A stretch of 64,000 bases of DNA from the human T2T-CHM13v2.0 reference genome, Homo sapiens. A program made the position numbers and the translations under genes. The notes beneath the pieces are model-generated. The model was not told where the DNA came from. It saw only the letters and a list, made by a program, of their open reading frames with translations, and ran no database searches. Shown piece by piece: positions 1 to 17,360 of the stretch. The stretch's first letter is position 1; each line of letters opens with the position of its first letter. The stretch is from the NCBI RefSeq assembly GCF_009914755.1, contig NC_060935.1; one strand, 5' to 3'.

Positions 1-48
1 TTCCTGCATTAGTTTGCTGAGGATAATGGTTTCCAACTCCATCTATGT
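1..48 (-). mobile_element. L1PA (older primate L1) 3' segment, runs off the window edge
   Basis: Reverse complement ACATAGATGGAGTTGGAAACCATTATCCTCAGCAAACTAATGCAGGAA matches the end of L1 ORF2 (compare 20189-20235). Confidence 0.8.
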
Positions 49-1135
<1,087 letters not shown>

Positions 1136-1362
1136 TACTTTAAATATGTATTTCTCATTGCATACAATACAGGTTGGCTGGAATCTCAAACCTATGTTAT
1201 GTTACTCTTTAACCCCAGCTGATAGAATAGGTGTCATTGGAATGTTGCTAATTGCTGGAGATAAGTAAAAAAAAAAAAAGATATAGCAAAACTTTCATGG
1301 CTCATAAAACTAACTTCATGGAAGAAAAACATATAATGTTTGTTCATATCTTGTTGAGCAAA

Positions 1363-1480
1363 TGTGGTAGGTAGAATTTTAACCCCATTCCCAGGATTTC
1401 CCCTAAGATTTCTAAACTTAATCCTTGGGAATATAAATATGATGATACATCACATTTATGATTATGTCACATGACAAAAA
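1363..1480 (+). mobile_element. MLT1E-like LTR 5' fragment, within an older degenerate MLT1 (about 1165-1570)
   Basis: TGTGGTAGGTAGAATTTT...GATTATGTCACATGACAAAA resembles the MLT1E start. Confidence 0.55.
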
Positions 1481-1851
1481 CGTATGTTGCCATGTGACAT
1501 GAAATCCTACTATATGTCTAGAAACAGGAGGACCAGATTACTTGTCAACAATACTAATGACTATAAAACATCTTTATATAAAATATCTTCTCCAGATGAC
1601 AACATGCATATATTTTCTCCATTTTGTTATTCATTTATTGGATTATGTATTCCTTTCTCCTTGAAAACCCTTTCTGCTGCTTCTAACAATTTAGTGTCAT
1701 TATCTCCTCTCGGGGGAATTTGGTGCTCAATTGTTTAAAAAGGGCAGTCAGTGCTTCTTGGCAGCAGAAAAATTAGGAAGGCTATAACTCTGAATATTAA
1801 ATTAGGACACTGAGGATATTTTTAACAAGTGTACTTTCCATTCAGCTAAGC

Positions 1852-2073
1852 CAAAGTTTGATGCATTTTTTTCTGTAAAGGTGCAGATAGTAAATATTTT
1901 ATGCTTTGCAGGCCATATGGTCTTTGTTGTACCTACTCAGCTCTGCCATTGTAGCTTGAAAGCAGTCATAGACAATATGTTAACAAATGACCATGGCTGT
2001 GTTCTAATAAAACTTTATCTACAAAAGGAGACAGTGAACTAGATTTGGCTCTCTGCCATAGTTTAATTCCCTG
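1852..2073 (+). mobile_element. MER58A (hAT-Charlie DNA transposon)
   Basis: TTTTCTGTAAAGG..CAGATAGTAAATATTTT..GCTTTGCAGGCCATATGGTC..CTACTCAGCTCTGCCATTGTAGC..CATGGCTGTGTTCTAATAAAACTTTAT; degenerate 8-bp TSD AGCTAAGC/AATTAAGC. Confidence 0.9.
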
Positions 2074-2099
2074 AATTAAGCCATTAATTTCATAGACTC

Positions 2100-2275
2100 T
2101 TAGATTTCTATAAGACCACAAGATTAATCTCTAATACTTCATCTTTTGGAAATGGAAACTGGGTCTGAGGGAAAGAGAATTACTCTGCCCAAACTCACAA
2201 TACTAATTAGGGAGTAACTCTGGTCTAGAAACTAGATATCGCAACTCACTGTTCAGTGAGTAGCCACTGCATTGT
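2100..2275 (-). mobile_element. MIR
   Basis: GGAAACTGGGTCTGAGGG...CTGCCCAAACTCACA...TCTAGAAACTAGAT, the antisense MIR core pattern. Confidence 0.6.
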
Positions 2276-2579
2276 ACTGAATTTACATTTTTCCTGATTG
2301 AGAAAAAAAAGCAGTTGCGTTAATCTTATTTTTCCATATCTCCTTTATATCCATCTTGAATGTTTAAATTCTTCTCTTTACTACAAAAGTAAATACTTTC
2401 TAGTTTACTCAGATGAGACTGGAAAATACATTTTGATGCCTGAATATAGGAATGAAAAACTCAAAACCTCTTAATTCAACTGGACACTGAGGTTTCCATT
2501 GCTTAGCGTTGCCTGCTTCATGGGTGATCTCTTAAAACAGATTCCACTTAAAGTCTCAGCGATTCATTTATATGAAGGT

Positions 2580-3760
2580 GTCAGCAAAACTATTTCATAT
2601 ATTTTTTAGTCTTTCTTGGACTCTACTTACACATATTTTAGATTGTTAGAAGCTCTTCCACTAGTTATTCACTAGTTATTTACATTCTATTTGGTTTTTC
2701 ACTTTTTTTTTTCTATATGCTTCTGTATAGTTAATGCTTATTGACCTTTTTCAGGTTTTTGAGTTCAATGATCCTTTCTTCTGCAGTGTCCACTCTAGTA
2801 TCAAATTTATCTAATGTTCATTGTTTTCTTCCTTGCTTCGTTTTTGTTTCTTTTTCTATAAAAGATATGGTATTTTTTTACTTCTAGAATTTTGATTTGA
2901 TTATTTTGTACAGATTCCCTTTCTTTGCTGAGAATATATATCTGTTCATCTATTCACTTTATCTTTTCCGTTAAGTACATGAACATATGTAATTATTTTA
3001 AAAATCTTTCCTGCTAATTCTAATATTTGTGACCTATTTCATATTTTTAATTGTAAACAAGATATTGTATATAAAGGAATAGTGGAATTTGAAGTGTACT
3101 ACTCTTTGCTTTTTCTGTTTTTCTCTGAAATGGTGAGTTCTTTTGATATGTCTGGCAACTAAGATGAAGCGTCAAATTAATCTGCAACTGAGCTTTACTT
3201 TTAATAAGATTGAATTTTTGATTAGCCCAACCACCAACTAGTGTGCTACTGTGGACCCTTCTTGGGAGTGGCTGATATCTTTTATCTTCTTAAGTTTGGT
3301 CTAAGGTGCAGTTGGTTCATGTTTTCACCTTCAGAATCAGCAATAGTGGTCCCTTGCTCTAATAAGCATAGTGAGAATGTTCAAGCCTGCAGAGACTTTT
3401 TATTCTTTTCAGCCTTGCATTCCTGGTCATTTACTGAGGCAAAATAGAGTTGTAAATAGTCAGATTAAGATGATTGTTTTTACTTTTACTTTTACTAGAC
3501 TCTCAACTCCATACCTCTCTACCTTCTTCACCAATACTTATAGCTCAACCTTGTTGATCTCTCTTAACCTGGCATATTCTCTGGAAGGCATTATTTTGCC
3601 CATACCTAGATCTGCCATTTCCCCCAGGAAAAAGCCGGAACTTTCTTCTCACTTATAGAGGGCTCCTTTTTTTTTCCTGAAATGAGTTCTCCTGGGATTT
3701 CTTAAATCCACCATTTTTTGAGAGCCTTGCATATAAGTATGATGTCTATTAAATTGTATT
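2580..3760 (-). mobile_element. Old L1M ORF1/5' region
   Basis: T-rich antisense L1M motifs (ATCCTTTCTTCTGCAGTGTC, TTCTAGAATTTTGATTTG, TGCTAATTCTAATATTTGTG). Confidence 0.5.
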
Positions 3761-3770
3761 TTTTCAGTGT

Positions 3771-4211
3771 TGAAATAGTCTGAATATATGTCCCTGCCAA
3801 ATAGCATGTTGAATTGTAATCCTTAATATTGGAGATGGGGCCTGGTGGGAAGTGACTGGATAATGGGGGCGGATTTCTCATGAATGGTTTAGCATCATTC
3901 ACATGGTTCTGTCTTCACAATAGTGAGTTCTCACGAGATCTGGCTTTGTAAAAGTGTATGACACCCCCACTATACCACCTCTTGTGCCTGGTCCCCTAAT
4001 CTTGCTCCCACTTACACCACGTGAGAGGCCCTCTCCCACTTCACCTTCTGCTATGAGTATAATCTCCCTGAGGCCCTCCCAGAGCCAAACAGTTGCCAGC
4101 ACTATGCTTCTTATACAGCCTGGAGAAGTGTGAGCCAATTAAACTTCTTGTCTTTATAAATTACCCAACCTCAAGTATTCCTTTATAGCAGTGCAAGAAC
4201 AGCCTAATACA
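3771..4211 (+). mobile_element. MSTB solo LTR (ERVL-MaLR)
   Basis: TG...CA termini; GGGGCGGATTTCTCATGAATGGTTTAGCA; TAAATTACCCAACCTCAAGTATTCCTTTATAGCAG; perfect 5-bp TSD AGTGT at 3766-3770 and 4212-4216. Confidence 0.92.
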
Positions 4212-4519
4212 AGTGTTAAAATCCTTTTACATCATAACTGGATATAAAATTAATTTTACCCACTCTTATGTTGTTTTATTGAGTGCCGTGCCCCATTTGC
4301 TGTTAGCTAATAGTTTTATCTAGTTTTTCCAGTCCGTTTCATTTTTCATGACTTACAAACATCTGACTAATCCTACTTGTGTTTTATTTGTTTGTCATAG
4401 TCAATATGCCAGGAAACTATAGAGCATTGGGTCTTTCTTGGTTCCTGGACTCTTAGATAAAGTTTTGGGGTTGCATGTCTTTTAGTATTTTCTGTTTGAC
4501 ATCCATTTTATAATAGTTT

Positions 4520-4915
4520 CTCTCAAAGCAGGATCCGATGTTAACATTGTATGTATTTGATTTATTGTGGGAGAGTTCTCAAGAGAAACTAGTAGGATGA
4601 AAGGAACATGATAGGTGTGCTGAAGGGGCAAGTAGTAGTGTGGTTTCAGATGAATTTAAATTCAACATGATCCTCAAATGATTTTTGGAGTCTAACTGCA
4701 TCTGTCCTTCTTGGAAGCAAGGGGAGGAGGATGACACCTAGCCTGCAAGCTTCTTGAAGAAGGCAGCTGTAACCTCTCAGGAGCAATCTTCAGGGGGAGA
4801 ATGCAGGTATGAGGAGGTATCAATCAATGAACTCACAGCAGCTTAGGGACTGGTGCCCACAGCAGAGTTGGTGATGGAAATACAGGGAACTAGGTGGGAC
4901 ACATACAGAATCCTG
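4520..4915 (-). mobile_element. LTR16-like ERVL LTR
   Basis: Diverged similarity to LTR16 consensus (GATTTATTG.GGGAG.GTTCTCA.GAG, CTCACAGCAGC...GGGA). Confidence 0.45.
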
Positions 4916-6289
4916 GTAATGTTTCTAATTCTCCTTAAATTATACATTGCTATTGAACTCTCCTGGAAATAATCCATAGAAAAAACTCTCAGTATGGAAA
5001 GGCTATTAAAAGATCTAGAATACTAAAAATTAATTACCCAACACAGGTTTTTTTCTACTTTCCTGTAGGGGAAGCTTACTGAAGAAACTTTAAAAACAAG
5101 AAAAAACAAACAAAAAACAAAAACCCAACACATGGAAGCATTATTATTCCACCTCATGCAGAAATCCAAATAGTGTAGTGTCTTGAAACAACAGTATCTG
5201 AACCAGAAGAGAGGTCAGGGCACAGTTTCCTTGCTTTATTGAGCAACACTTTCTATTTAATCATCTGGGGTCAAAAAGGATCTGACTACTTGCCTATTTG
5301 TGCTGACTTGGGTTAAACCAAAGTGTCAAGTTTTTTCAGGGATCACGACCCCCTTAGCAAGTTTTTAGAACTCTTGCTCCTAAATGAGGAAACCACCTTG
5401 GATGGTTATTCAAAAATAAAACTTTGAGCTTTTTTCTTAATAGATTTTATTTTAACTTCCTAAATAAGTACACATGTAGTTTAATAACAATTTCTTGTTG
5501 AGCAATTTCTTGTGAGTATCAATCACACAAAGACTGAGAGTTCCAGGGACAATTTATCACACAGTTCCCTTAAAGTCTGTGGCCCAGTTTTGATGAAGAC
5601 TAAGGGTATATAATGAATTTTCTGTCTGGAAATATAGGCATATAGTCTTTAGAACACTAAGTAACAAACTACTCTTGTGGTATTGTATAATTCTATTTAG
5701 GAGAAAATTGTAGTTATATTTTTTTCTTAATTTTTCCTGTGTAAATTCTAGAGTAGACTGATTTCCCTTACACAGATGAATAATTTCTTGATGCATTGTT
5801 TTTAAGGCATGTTTTGTGGAACAAAGTGTGACATAGCTTATGAGAAAAAAGGCAAAAGGATTCTATGGTCAATTAAGTTACTTTCCCTTTATATTGCTGT
5901 AGTAAAGGCAAAGACATATTTTAAGCAAAGAAACCTGTTTAATTTTGCTTATTTTAGTGCTGGCTAAATTATTGTTTAGCCATCTATGTCTCTGAATTTT
6001 TATTAGTGCTATTTTTATTTTCCAATCATGTTCAAAAAACCCTGGAATATAGGTTGGAAAATGTTCCTTTGGAGTCATACAGATTTTCAGTAGAAATGGC
6101 ACCTAGCTAAAGTTAAATTAGGAATCACTCACATCATCTTTCTTTCCTTTTCCTTCAACATTATTTTTATTCCTACTATTTCTCTGGATGTGCTATGATG
6201 TCATTATGCCCTAAACTCAACACAGGAAAGATGAGGATAATAGCTCTACACATATTTGTTTCCTGAATATTGGTATGGGCACCAATTTG

Positions 6290-6399
6290 ACTTAAACAAT
6301 CTAGATTCAAATAGCATATCTGCTCTTAACTAGCCACATAATATTTAGCAGTTTAACCTTCAAATTTCTACACTATTAAAAAAGAAACAGTAATGTCAC
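6290..6399 (+). mobile_element. MIR, split by the MSTA provirus (continues at about 9075-9110)
   Basis: CTAGATTCAAAT...TCTGCTCTTAACTAGC on the left; CTACCTTACAGAGTTACTGTGA on the right. Confidence 0.55.
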
Positions 6400-9069
<2,670 letters not shown>

Positions 9070-9873
9070 GTCATCATCTACCTTACAGAGTTACTGTGAT
9101 GAGAAAAACAAGGTTTGGTTAATAAGTGCTAATTTGGTGGTAGTGACTTTTGGGATGTTAAAATGCTATGAAAATTTAAGATAAGTGTTTATGTATATGT
9201 ATTCTTGTTGCATTTTGGGGAAAAATCGCAGATAGCCTTAACAATTAAACTATTTTCAAATTTAAAAACTAAAAATAACAATCAGATTTGAGGCAAAGTA
9301 AGGGCCAGGTAGCAAAATAAAATCCCAAAGAGTTAATATACAAATAAGCATGCTGTGTGACCTTACCAGCATGCATAATTGATTGAATCATTACTCTCCT
9401 TAAATGCTATATTCAAAGGATTATTTGGATAGCAAATAAAAGAGAAAAAGTATAGAGGAAATTTTAAAAAGTAAAATGCATATACAGACAACAAAAAGTT
9501 ATTTATATCTCATTTCTTAAAATTCTAAATTTATTGGTTACATAACATAAATTCATTCACATGAAGAGTTTATCTTGTAGTATTCCATCACATGTTTTTG
9601 TAAATCAGAGGTTATCAAGTCCCTGACTTGACCCAATAATCAACATTAAACACATCTCAGTGCAAGGACACATGGGGCATAATTGAGTAACACAGAAAAA
9701 AATATTTGGCTCCCAACCTGTTAAAGTCTAAAGGAATTTAGCCAAGTATTACTTGAGATAAATGATTTTGATATATTAACACAGAATTTAAGTAAAAATT
9801 TACTTTTTACAAATGTTTTACTCTGTTTGCTTTTTTTATACCATTTCCATTTTTTGAAAATTTTGGGGGGATT

Positions 9874-10772
9874 TCTTTAATTTAACTTTCAAGTCCAGGG
9901 GTGTATGTGCAGGTTTGTTATTTAGGTAAACTTGTGTCATGGGGTTTGTTATACTGATTATTTTTTCACCCAGGTATTAAGCCTAGTACCCATTAGTTGT
10001 ATTTCCTGATCCTTTCCCTCCTCCCACCCTTCAGCTTCTCATATGCCCCAGTGTGTGTTTTTCCCCTCTATGTGTCCATGTGTTCTCATCATTTAGCTCC
10101 CACTTCTAAGTGAGAACATCCAGAATTTGGTTTTTTGTTCCTGCATTAGTTTGCTAAAGATAATGGCCTCCATCTCCATGCATGTTACTGCAAAGGACAT
10201 GATCTTGTTCTTTTATATGGCTGTATAGTATTCCATGATGTATATTTACCACATTTTCTCTATCCAGTTTATCGTTGATGGACATTTAGGTTGATTCCAT
10301 GTCATTGCTATTGTGAATAGTGCTTCAATGAACGTATGTGTGCATGCATCTTTATAATATAATGATTTATATTCTTTTAGGCATATACCCAGTAATGGGA
10401 TTTCTGGGTCAAATATTATTTCTGTCTTTAGGTCTTTGAGGAATCACCACACTGTCTTCCACAATGATGGAACTAATTTACACTCCCATCAACAGTGTAT
10501 AAGGGTTCCCTTTTCTCTGCAACCTCACCAGCATCTTTTTTTTTTTCTTTTTTTTGTCTTTTCAATAATAGCCATTCTGACTGGTGTGAGATTGTATCTC
10601 ATTTTGGGTTTTATTTCCATTTCTCTAATGATCAGTGATACTGAGCTTTTATTTCATATTATTATCCGCATGTATGTCTTCTTTTGAAATGTGTCTGTTC
10701 ATATCTTTACCCACTTTTAAATGAAGTTTTTTTAATTATAAATTTGTTTAAGTTTCTTGTAGATGCTGGATA
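9874..10772 (-). mobile_element. L1PA13-like 3' end (5'-truncated)
   Basis: GTGCAGGTTTGTTA..TAGGTAAACTTGTGTCATGGGG..CACCCAGGTATTAAGCCTAGTACCCATTAG; antisense ORF2 end. Confidence 0.88.
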
Positions 10773-10794
10773 ACTTGATTACTACTTATCCTGT

Positions 10795-10918
10795 CTGTAG
10801 CCTGAAATCTTCCTGAAGGAACAACCATGATTTCTTTCTTTGCTGTATTTTGTCCTCTTACTAAGACACTTCTCTTGCAATAACTATGTATTGAATGAGT
10901 AGTAAATAAATGACTGAA
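10795..10918 (+). mobile_element. L2 3' end
   Basis: Degenerate L2 tail ending ATTGAATGAGTAGTAAATAAATGA. Confidence 0.4.
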
Positions 10919-10944
10919 AGTCCATTCTTTAAAAATACTTCATT

Positions 10945-11285
10945 ATAAATTCCTACAAGGAATATCATAAAATAGTAAGTATGAATGAATTAAAACATAA
11001 CAATGACATTAAATGAGAAGATTCATACTAAAAAAATACTTTGTAACTCCATTTATATAAAGTTTACAAACAGGGAAATTCATCGTGTCAGATGTTAGGA
11101 TATCACCATCTGTTGGGGAGAATGGTTAATAGAAGAGACCACTATGGGGCTCCTGGAAACCCAGTGATATTCTGCTTCTTGATCTGTTGCTGGCTATCTA
11201 GGTGTCTTCAAGTTAGTGTCAAAAATACATCACGATGTGACCTGTGTACTTTTTTGTATGTATGCTATTCTCAATAAACTTATAT
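10945..11285 (+). mobile_element. L1ME 3' end
   Basis: CCATTTATATAAAGTT..AAACAGG..TGTACTTTTTTGTATGTATGCTATTCTCAATAAA. Confidence 0.65.
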
Positions 11286-12100
11286 TCAGAAATAATACCT
11301 AATTACCTAGTGGGAAAAAAAAAAACAAATTAGACCATTTGACTGTTTCTCTTTTTTTTGTGATGGAAAATTGTAAGTGAATATTTTGTCAAAAGTTTTG
11401 AAGATACTCATATTCTTATCAGTTTAGCTTTCATGAGACATTTTCAAGAGAAAGAGGCACATCATCAGTGACTATAAACCACAGATCCTACAGAACAGAC
11501 ACGCACTTGAGCATGACAACCTTCACAGCAGACTAACTTCTATTTTCCCAATTCTCAGCCCTGTCTTCAAATTCCAATTGTGCTACCAACTTAAAAGTAG
11601 ATTTCTCTGTTCCCTCAGCTATTGGCTATGAATTTAACATATCTTTTTACAATATCTCATCCCCAAAAGATATTCAATGTATTCCCAAATACAGGAGCAA
11701 CTGACATATTATCCAGTAGACATAATGAGTAGACTGATCTATCATTCTTTCTAAAATATTCCTCTTGTGTTTGAAAAACATGTTGGTTTACTCAGACACT
11801 GAGTGGTGATTTTTAATCTCTGGTCATGCCAGAGTGTTGGATCCTCTTCTACTTTGGAATAGCATCTATATTATTGGAATTAGAACAATTGATTAAAAAC
11901 TGTCCATAATCTTTCCTAAAGATAGATGTCCTATAAGCTTGCTCTGGAATCTGTCCCGTGATGAAGGGCTGGTTCCTCCTACATGGATAGGTTGCAAAAT
12001 TCCATAGTGTAGATATGTGTGTCTTTAAATAGGAATGCACAGTACACAAAATTGCAAAACAAAAGCCACGAATCTGCACCTATTTGCTAGATGGAAACAC

Positions 12101-12108
12101 TGACGTCA
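12101..12108. promoter_or_regulatory. Perfect CRE palindrome TGACGTCA (candidate site)
   Basis: Exact CREB/ATF motif with its CpG retained, in non-repeat DNA; motif match only. Confidence 0.3.
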
Positions 12109-12619
12109 ACATAACAACTGTGAATATCTTCTCTCCCTATTTTCATATATGTATTTGCAATTCTTTTTGAATCGTGATATACTATACTGATCGACGTCTA
12201 CCCAGCCTTTTCCTACCAAATCTTGAAACTACTAATCAGAGATAACTGGTGAACCTTGTCTTGTCAAATCATGTCATGCTTTGAAAGAGAAAAGAATAGT
12301 TTAATAAACTTATGGTGATTCAACTTATTTTCTATAGGTTTTAAACTAATAATATAATACATTGTAAAGAATTAAAATATACAGGCTCGGGTACCAGTGT
12401 TCACTGTGAAACCTTGTACATGTCTTGCACCCTGAGTAAGTGTGTGTATTTGTGATGTGGAAAATAGTAATAGTGATGATTACAATTATTATGATTTCAC
12501 CAAACTTTACATGAATGTTGTAAGAAACAATAAAATTAGAGTAATTGAAAGGATATGAATCACATAAAATATTAGCAAACTGTAGAAAGTATGTAACAAT
12601 GTTACACCTATTTATTACT

Positions 12620-13056
12620 GAGACGTGAAGAGTAGAAATCTAAAGTAGTGGTTTAGAGGTATGAAGAATAGAATATGTCAGTCTAGCATACATCCAATTG
12701 GAGTTCTATGAGAAAATATGGAGTGACAATATTTGAAGAAATATTACCTAAGAATTTCCAGAACTGATGAAAGATACTAATTATCATATGAAGAGCTATA
12801 ACAAATCCTAAACAAAAGAAAGAAAAAGAAATCCACCCCTAGACACATGAAGATGAAAATACATAAAATCTTGAAAAATTATTAAAGCAATCAGAGAGGA
12901 AACTTACATTATTTATATGATTCAGGCTGAATACTGACTTCATATGGCAATTTTAGAAGCAAAATCTTAGCAGAATAATATCTTCAAATAACTGAAACAT
13001 AAAACTGTCAACCTCAAATTCCGTACTTATTAGAACTATCTGTTGAGAATGAAAAT
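12620..13056 (+). mobile_element. Old L1M(E) ORF1 fragment
   Basis: CAATATTTGAAGAAAT..AAGAATTTCCAGAACTGATGAAAGA..AAATCCACCCCTAGACACAT, an L1M ORF1 signature. Confidence 0.75.
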
Positions 13057-13719
13057 GTGATATATATGAAAAGCTCTTGACATTTATTCAACCTTACTTC
13101 TAGTGTGTCTCCTTGTGGTACAAACTGGAAAAAATTAAATAAAGAATACATTTCCCAGATTCTCTAGTAGCAAGTGTTTCAGATGTGACTTGAGATTAGC
13201 CAATCAAGAGCACATACACATGCTATAAAAGGTACAAATGAGGTTCGGACTTGACCTTTTCCTCTTCTGTTGATTTTTGGTAAATTTAATTGTGGAGGCA
13301 TTGTATTTTGTTTTTACATTTTCAATTTTTGTATTTTCCCTAGTGGTTTGATTGTTTCTGTAGAAAAAGTAGTAGAACTTTCCTTTGATTCCTAGCATAA
13401 TAGAAGGTAATCAGCAACATTTGAGGGAATTCATATTTTGCTAAAATGATTCAGCAAGAATAGTGTGAACCTGGAGTCAACAGTTATAGTGACCATTTCC
13501 AGATCTGTGAACAATAATTAAAGTTATATATTTCTGGAATTAGTCTTGTCCTCTGGTTGTAGTAGTCATTCCTGGAAGTCCAGTTGAAAGCACATTCTTC
13601 CAAGGCATCTTATAAGCACATATTTCCCTACAGTAAGTCTCCTTAAAAATAAAAAAAAGAACAACAACAACAAAAAACCTCAAGTGTGTTCTATTATTTG
13701 TCGTGGAGAGAATCAAGAC

Positions 13720-13720
<1 letters not shown>
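13057..13720 (+). mobile_element. LTR33-family ERVL LTR
   Basis: TACATTTCCCAGATTCTCT..AGC..CAGATGTGAC..GCCAATCA, the characteristic LTR33 block. Confidence 0.55.
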
Positions 13721-14670
<950 letters not shown>

Positions 14671-14963
14671 AATATATATATTTTTTTATTTTGAAATAAC
14701 TATAAATTTACAGGAAGCTGTGAAAGATGTACAAGAAGGTATTACATTTCCCATTGATCATCCCTCATCTCCATAATTATAATCTCCTAGTTTTGTCGCT
14801 TAAAAATGTAACATAAATGGAATCACATATTGTATGGCTTTTTGAGATATTTTTCTAACCTTTGTTTTCAAACAATAAAACTTAATTGAAGTTTATGTAA
14901 ATTGTCATATGCATGAACAGTTTGTTCCTTTTTATTGCTGAGTAGTATTCCGTATTATGGAAT

Positions 14964-15420
14964 TGTGATTATTAAGTTTACGTGTCAAATTGACTGGCCA
15001 CAGGGTTCCCACATTAAATGTTTTTTTTTTAGTGTTTCTATGATGGTGTTTCCAGATGAGATTAGAATTTGAATTGTTGAACTTAATAAAATAGATTGTC
15101 CTCCCAATGTAAGCAGGCATCATCCAATTCATTGAGAAACTAAATAGAACAAAAGATGAAGAAATAAATAAAGCACTCCTTTTTGTTCTCTGATTTCAGA
15201 CTTTGACTCAATTATACCACCAACTTTTTCAGATCTCCAGCTTGTAGAGGGAAGATTATAGGACTTCTGATCTCCCATAATCATCATAATCATGTGATCC
15301 AATTCTTCATAATAAATTTCTCTCTAAATCTCTTTCTCTCTTCGTGTGTGTGTGGGTGTGTGTGTATGTATAAAATATATCCTACTAATTCTGTTTATTT
15401 GAAGAACCCCAAATAATACA
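14964..15420 (+). mobile_element. MLT2 (C/D-type) ERVL solo LTR
   Basis: TGTG..TGTCAAATTGACTGGCCACAGGG..GTGTTTCCAGATGAGATTAG..GGCATCATCCAAT..GAAGAACCCCAAATAATACA. Confidence 0.85.
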
Positions 15421-15855
15421 AGATGCACTACCATTTGTTTAACAACTCACATAATGGTGGACATTTGGGTAAGTTTTCAGTGTTGGGTTATTTATCAATA
15501 GACCTGCTATGAACATTTACATATAAGTTTCTGTGGGAATATATGTTTTTATTTTTCTGGGTTAAATGTCAAACAGTACAATTTCTGAGTCATATTCTAA
15601 ATCCATTTGTAGTTTTAAAATAATTGTTAATTTTTTTCTAGACTGGATATGCTATTTTGCATTCACACCAAAAATGTGAGTGATTTGGTTTCTCCAGATT
15701 ATTGCAAGCATTTGTTGTTATCACTATTTCACATTTTAACTATGCTGATAGGTGTGTAGTGATATATCACTTTGGTTTTAATTTTCATTTCCTCAATAGC
15801 TAATAAGGCTGAACACCTTTTCATGTAATTATTTTTAATCTGTATATTATTTTTT

Positions 15856-16473
15856 AGAGTAATTAACAAAACTGAAAAGTTTTATTAAAAATTATAACAA
15901 AATAAGCAAACTTTGAGTGAAACTAATCAAGCAAAATTGTAGAAGGCAAAACCTCAGAGAAATAAAATAAAACGTTGACACAGCTATAAATAAATACAAA
16001 AGACCTAAAAAAGAAAGAGAATAATAAAATTTAAAAGTTTGTGCTACTTAATAGGAAAACTTAGACATTACAAACAATTTTCTAGGAAGCAATTACAACT
16101 AATCAGACTCAAGAAGAAAAGAAAATATGAATAGGTTCAGTAAAAACAAAACCATACAATGGGGATACTACTTCACATTCACTAGTATAATCAGAAACAA
16201 ATAATCAGATAATAATGTGTTGGTGAGGAAGTGCCAAAATTAGAACCCTCATACACTGCTGGTTGGGAATATATAATTGTACAGCTGCTTTAGAAGACAA
16301 TTTGAGAATTGTTAAAATAGTAAAATATAAAGTTTTCATATAATCCAGAAATTCTATTCCTAGGTATAATCACTAGAGAAATGAAGGTACATGCAGAAGC
16401 TTGTACATGAATGCTTTTAACAGCATTATTTATTATGGCCAAAAAGTGCAAACAACCCAAATGTTCATCAATC
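15856..16473 (-). mobile_element. TSD-flanked insert of old L1M fragments (candidate orphan transduction)
   Basis: Exact 17-bp direct repeat AATCTGTATATTATTTT at 15837-15853 and 16474-16490; minus-strand AATAAA at 15880-15885. Confidence 0.65.
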
Positions 16474-17021
16474 AATCTGTATATTATTTTCAGTAAAATG
16501 CCTATGTCTTTTTCCCACTGTCTATTCAGTTTATTTAACTTTTAATTGAAGTTTTTTTATGTTCTAGATACAAGGCCTTTGTCAGATATATATTTGCCAA
16601 TACTTTCTCCCAGTCAATGTATGGTTTATAATCCTCTTAGAGACGTTCACACAGCAGAAGTTGTTAAATTTAATCAAGTCCAAGGTATATATTTTCTCTT
16701 TCATGGATTATATTTTGGTGTCATCTGAAGAATTCTTCATCCAATTCTAGGTCCTAAAGAATTTTTTCCTACGTTTTCATAAAAGTGTAGATTTATGCTT
16801 TATATTTAAATCCATAGTTCAACATGAGTTAATTTTTGTAAAAGAGTGAGGTTTAGGTAAAGGATTATTGTTTGTTTTGTTTCTCTTTTTCTATTTTTTT
16901 GGTTTTAATTATTTTTTGTGTTGTTGTTGTTGCCTATAGATGCCAAATTGCTACAGCATCAGGTGTTGAAAAGACTATCCTGTCTCCATTGAGTTGGCTT
17001 TGTACCTTTTTGAGAAATTAA

Positions 17022-17360
<339 letters not shown>

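Noticed and set aside
2244-2261. 8-bp stem palindrome ACTCACTG-TT-CAGTGAGT (similar one near 41923-41943)
   Set aside because: Stems this short are expected by chance in 64 kb, and both lie inside MIR remnants.
5040-5220. Good-looking splice acceptor TTTTTTCTACTTTCCTGTAG (similar ones near 38253 and 63370)
   Set aside because: No convincing donor or reading frame follows, and such motifs are common by chance. A lncRNA exon cannot be excluded without RNA data.
11620-11790. Minus-strand 'YLGI' RT-like motif
   Set aside because: Four residues among stop codons are not enough to call an ancient LINE RT.
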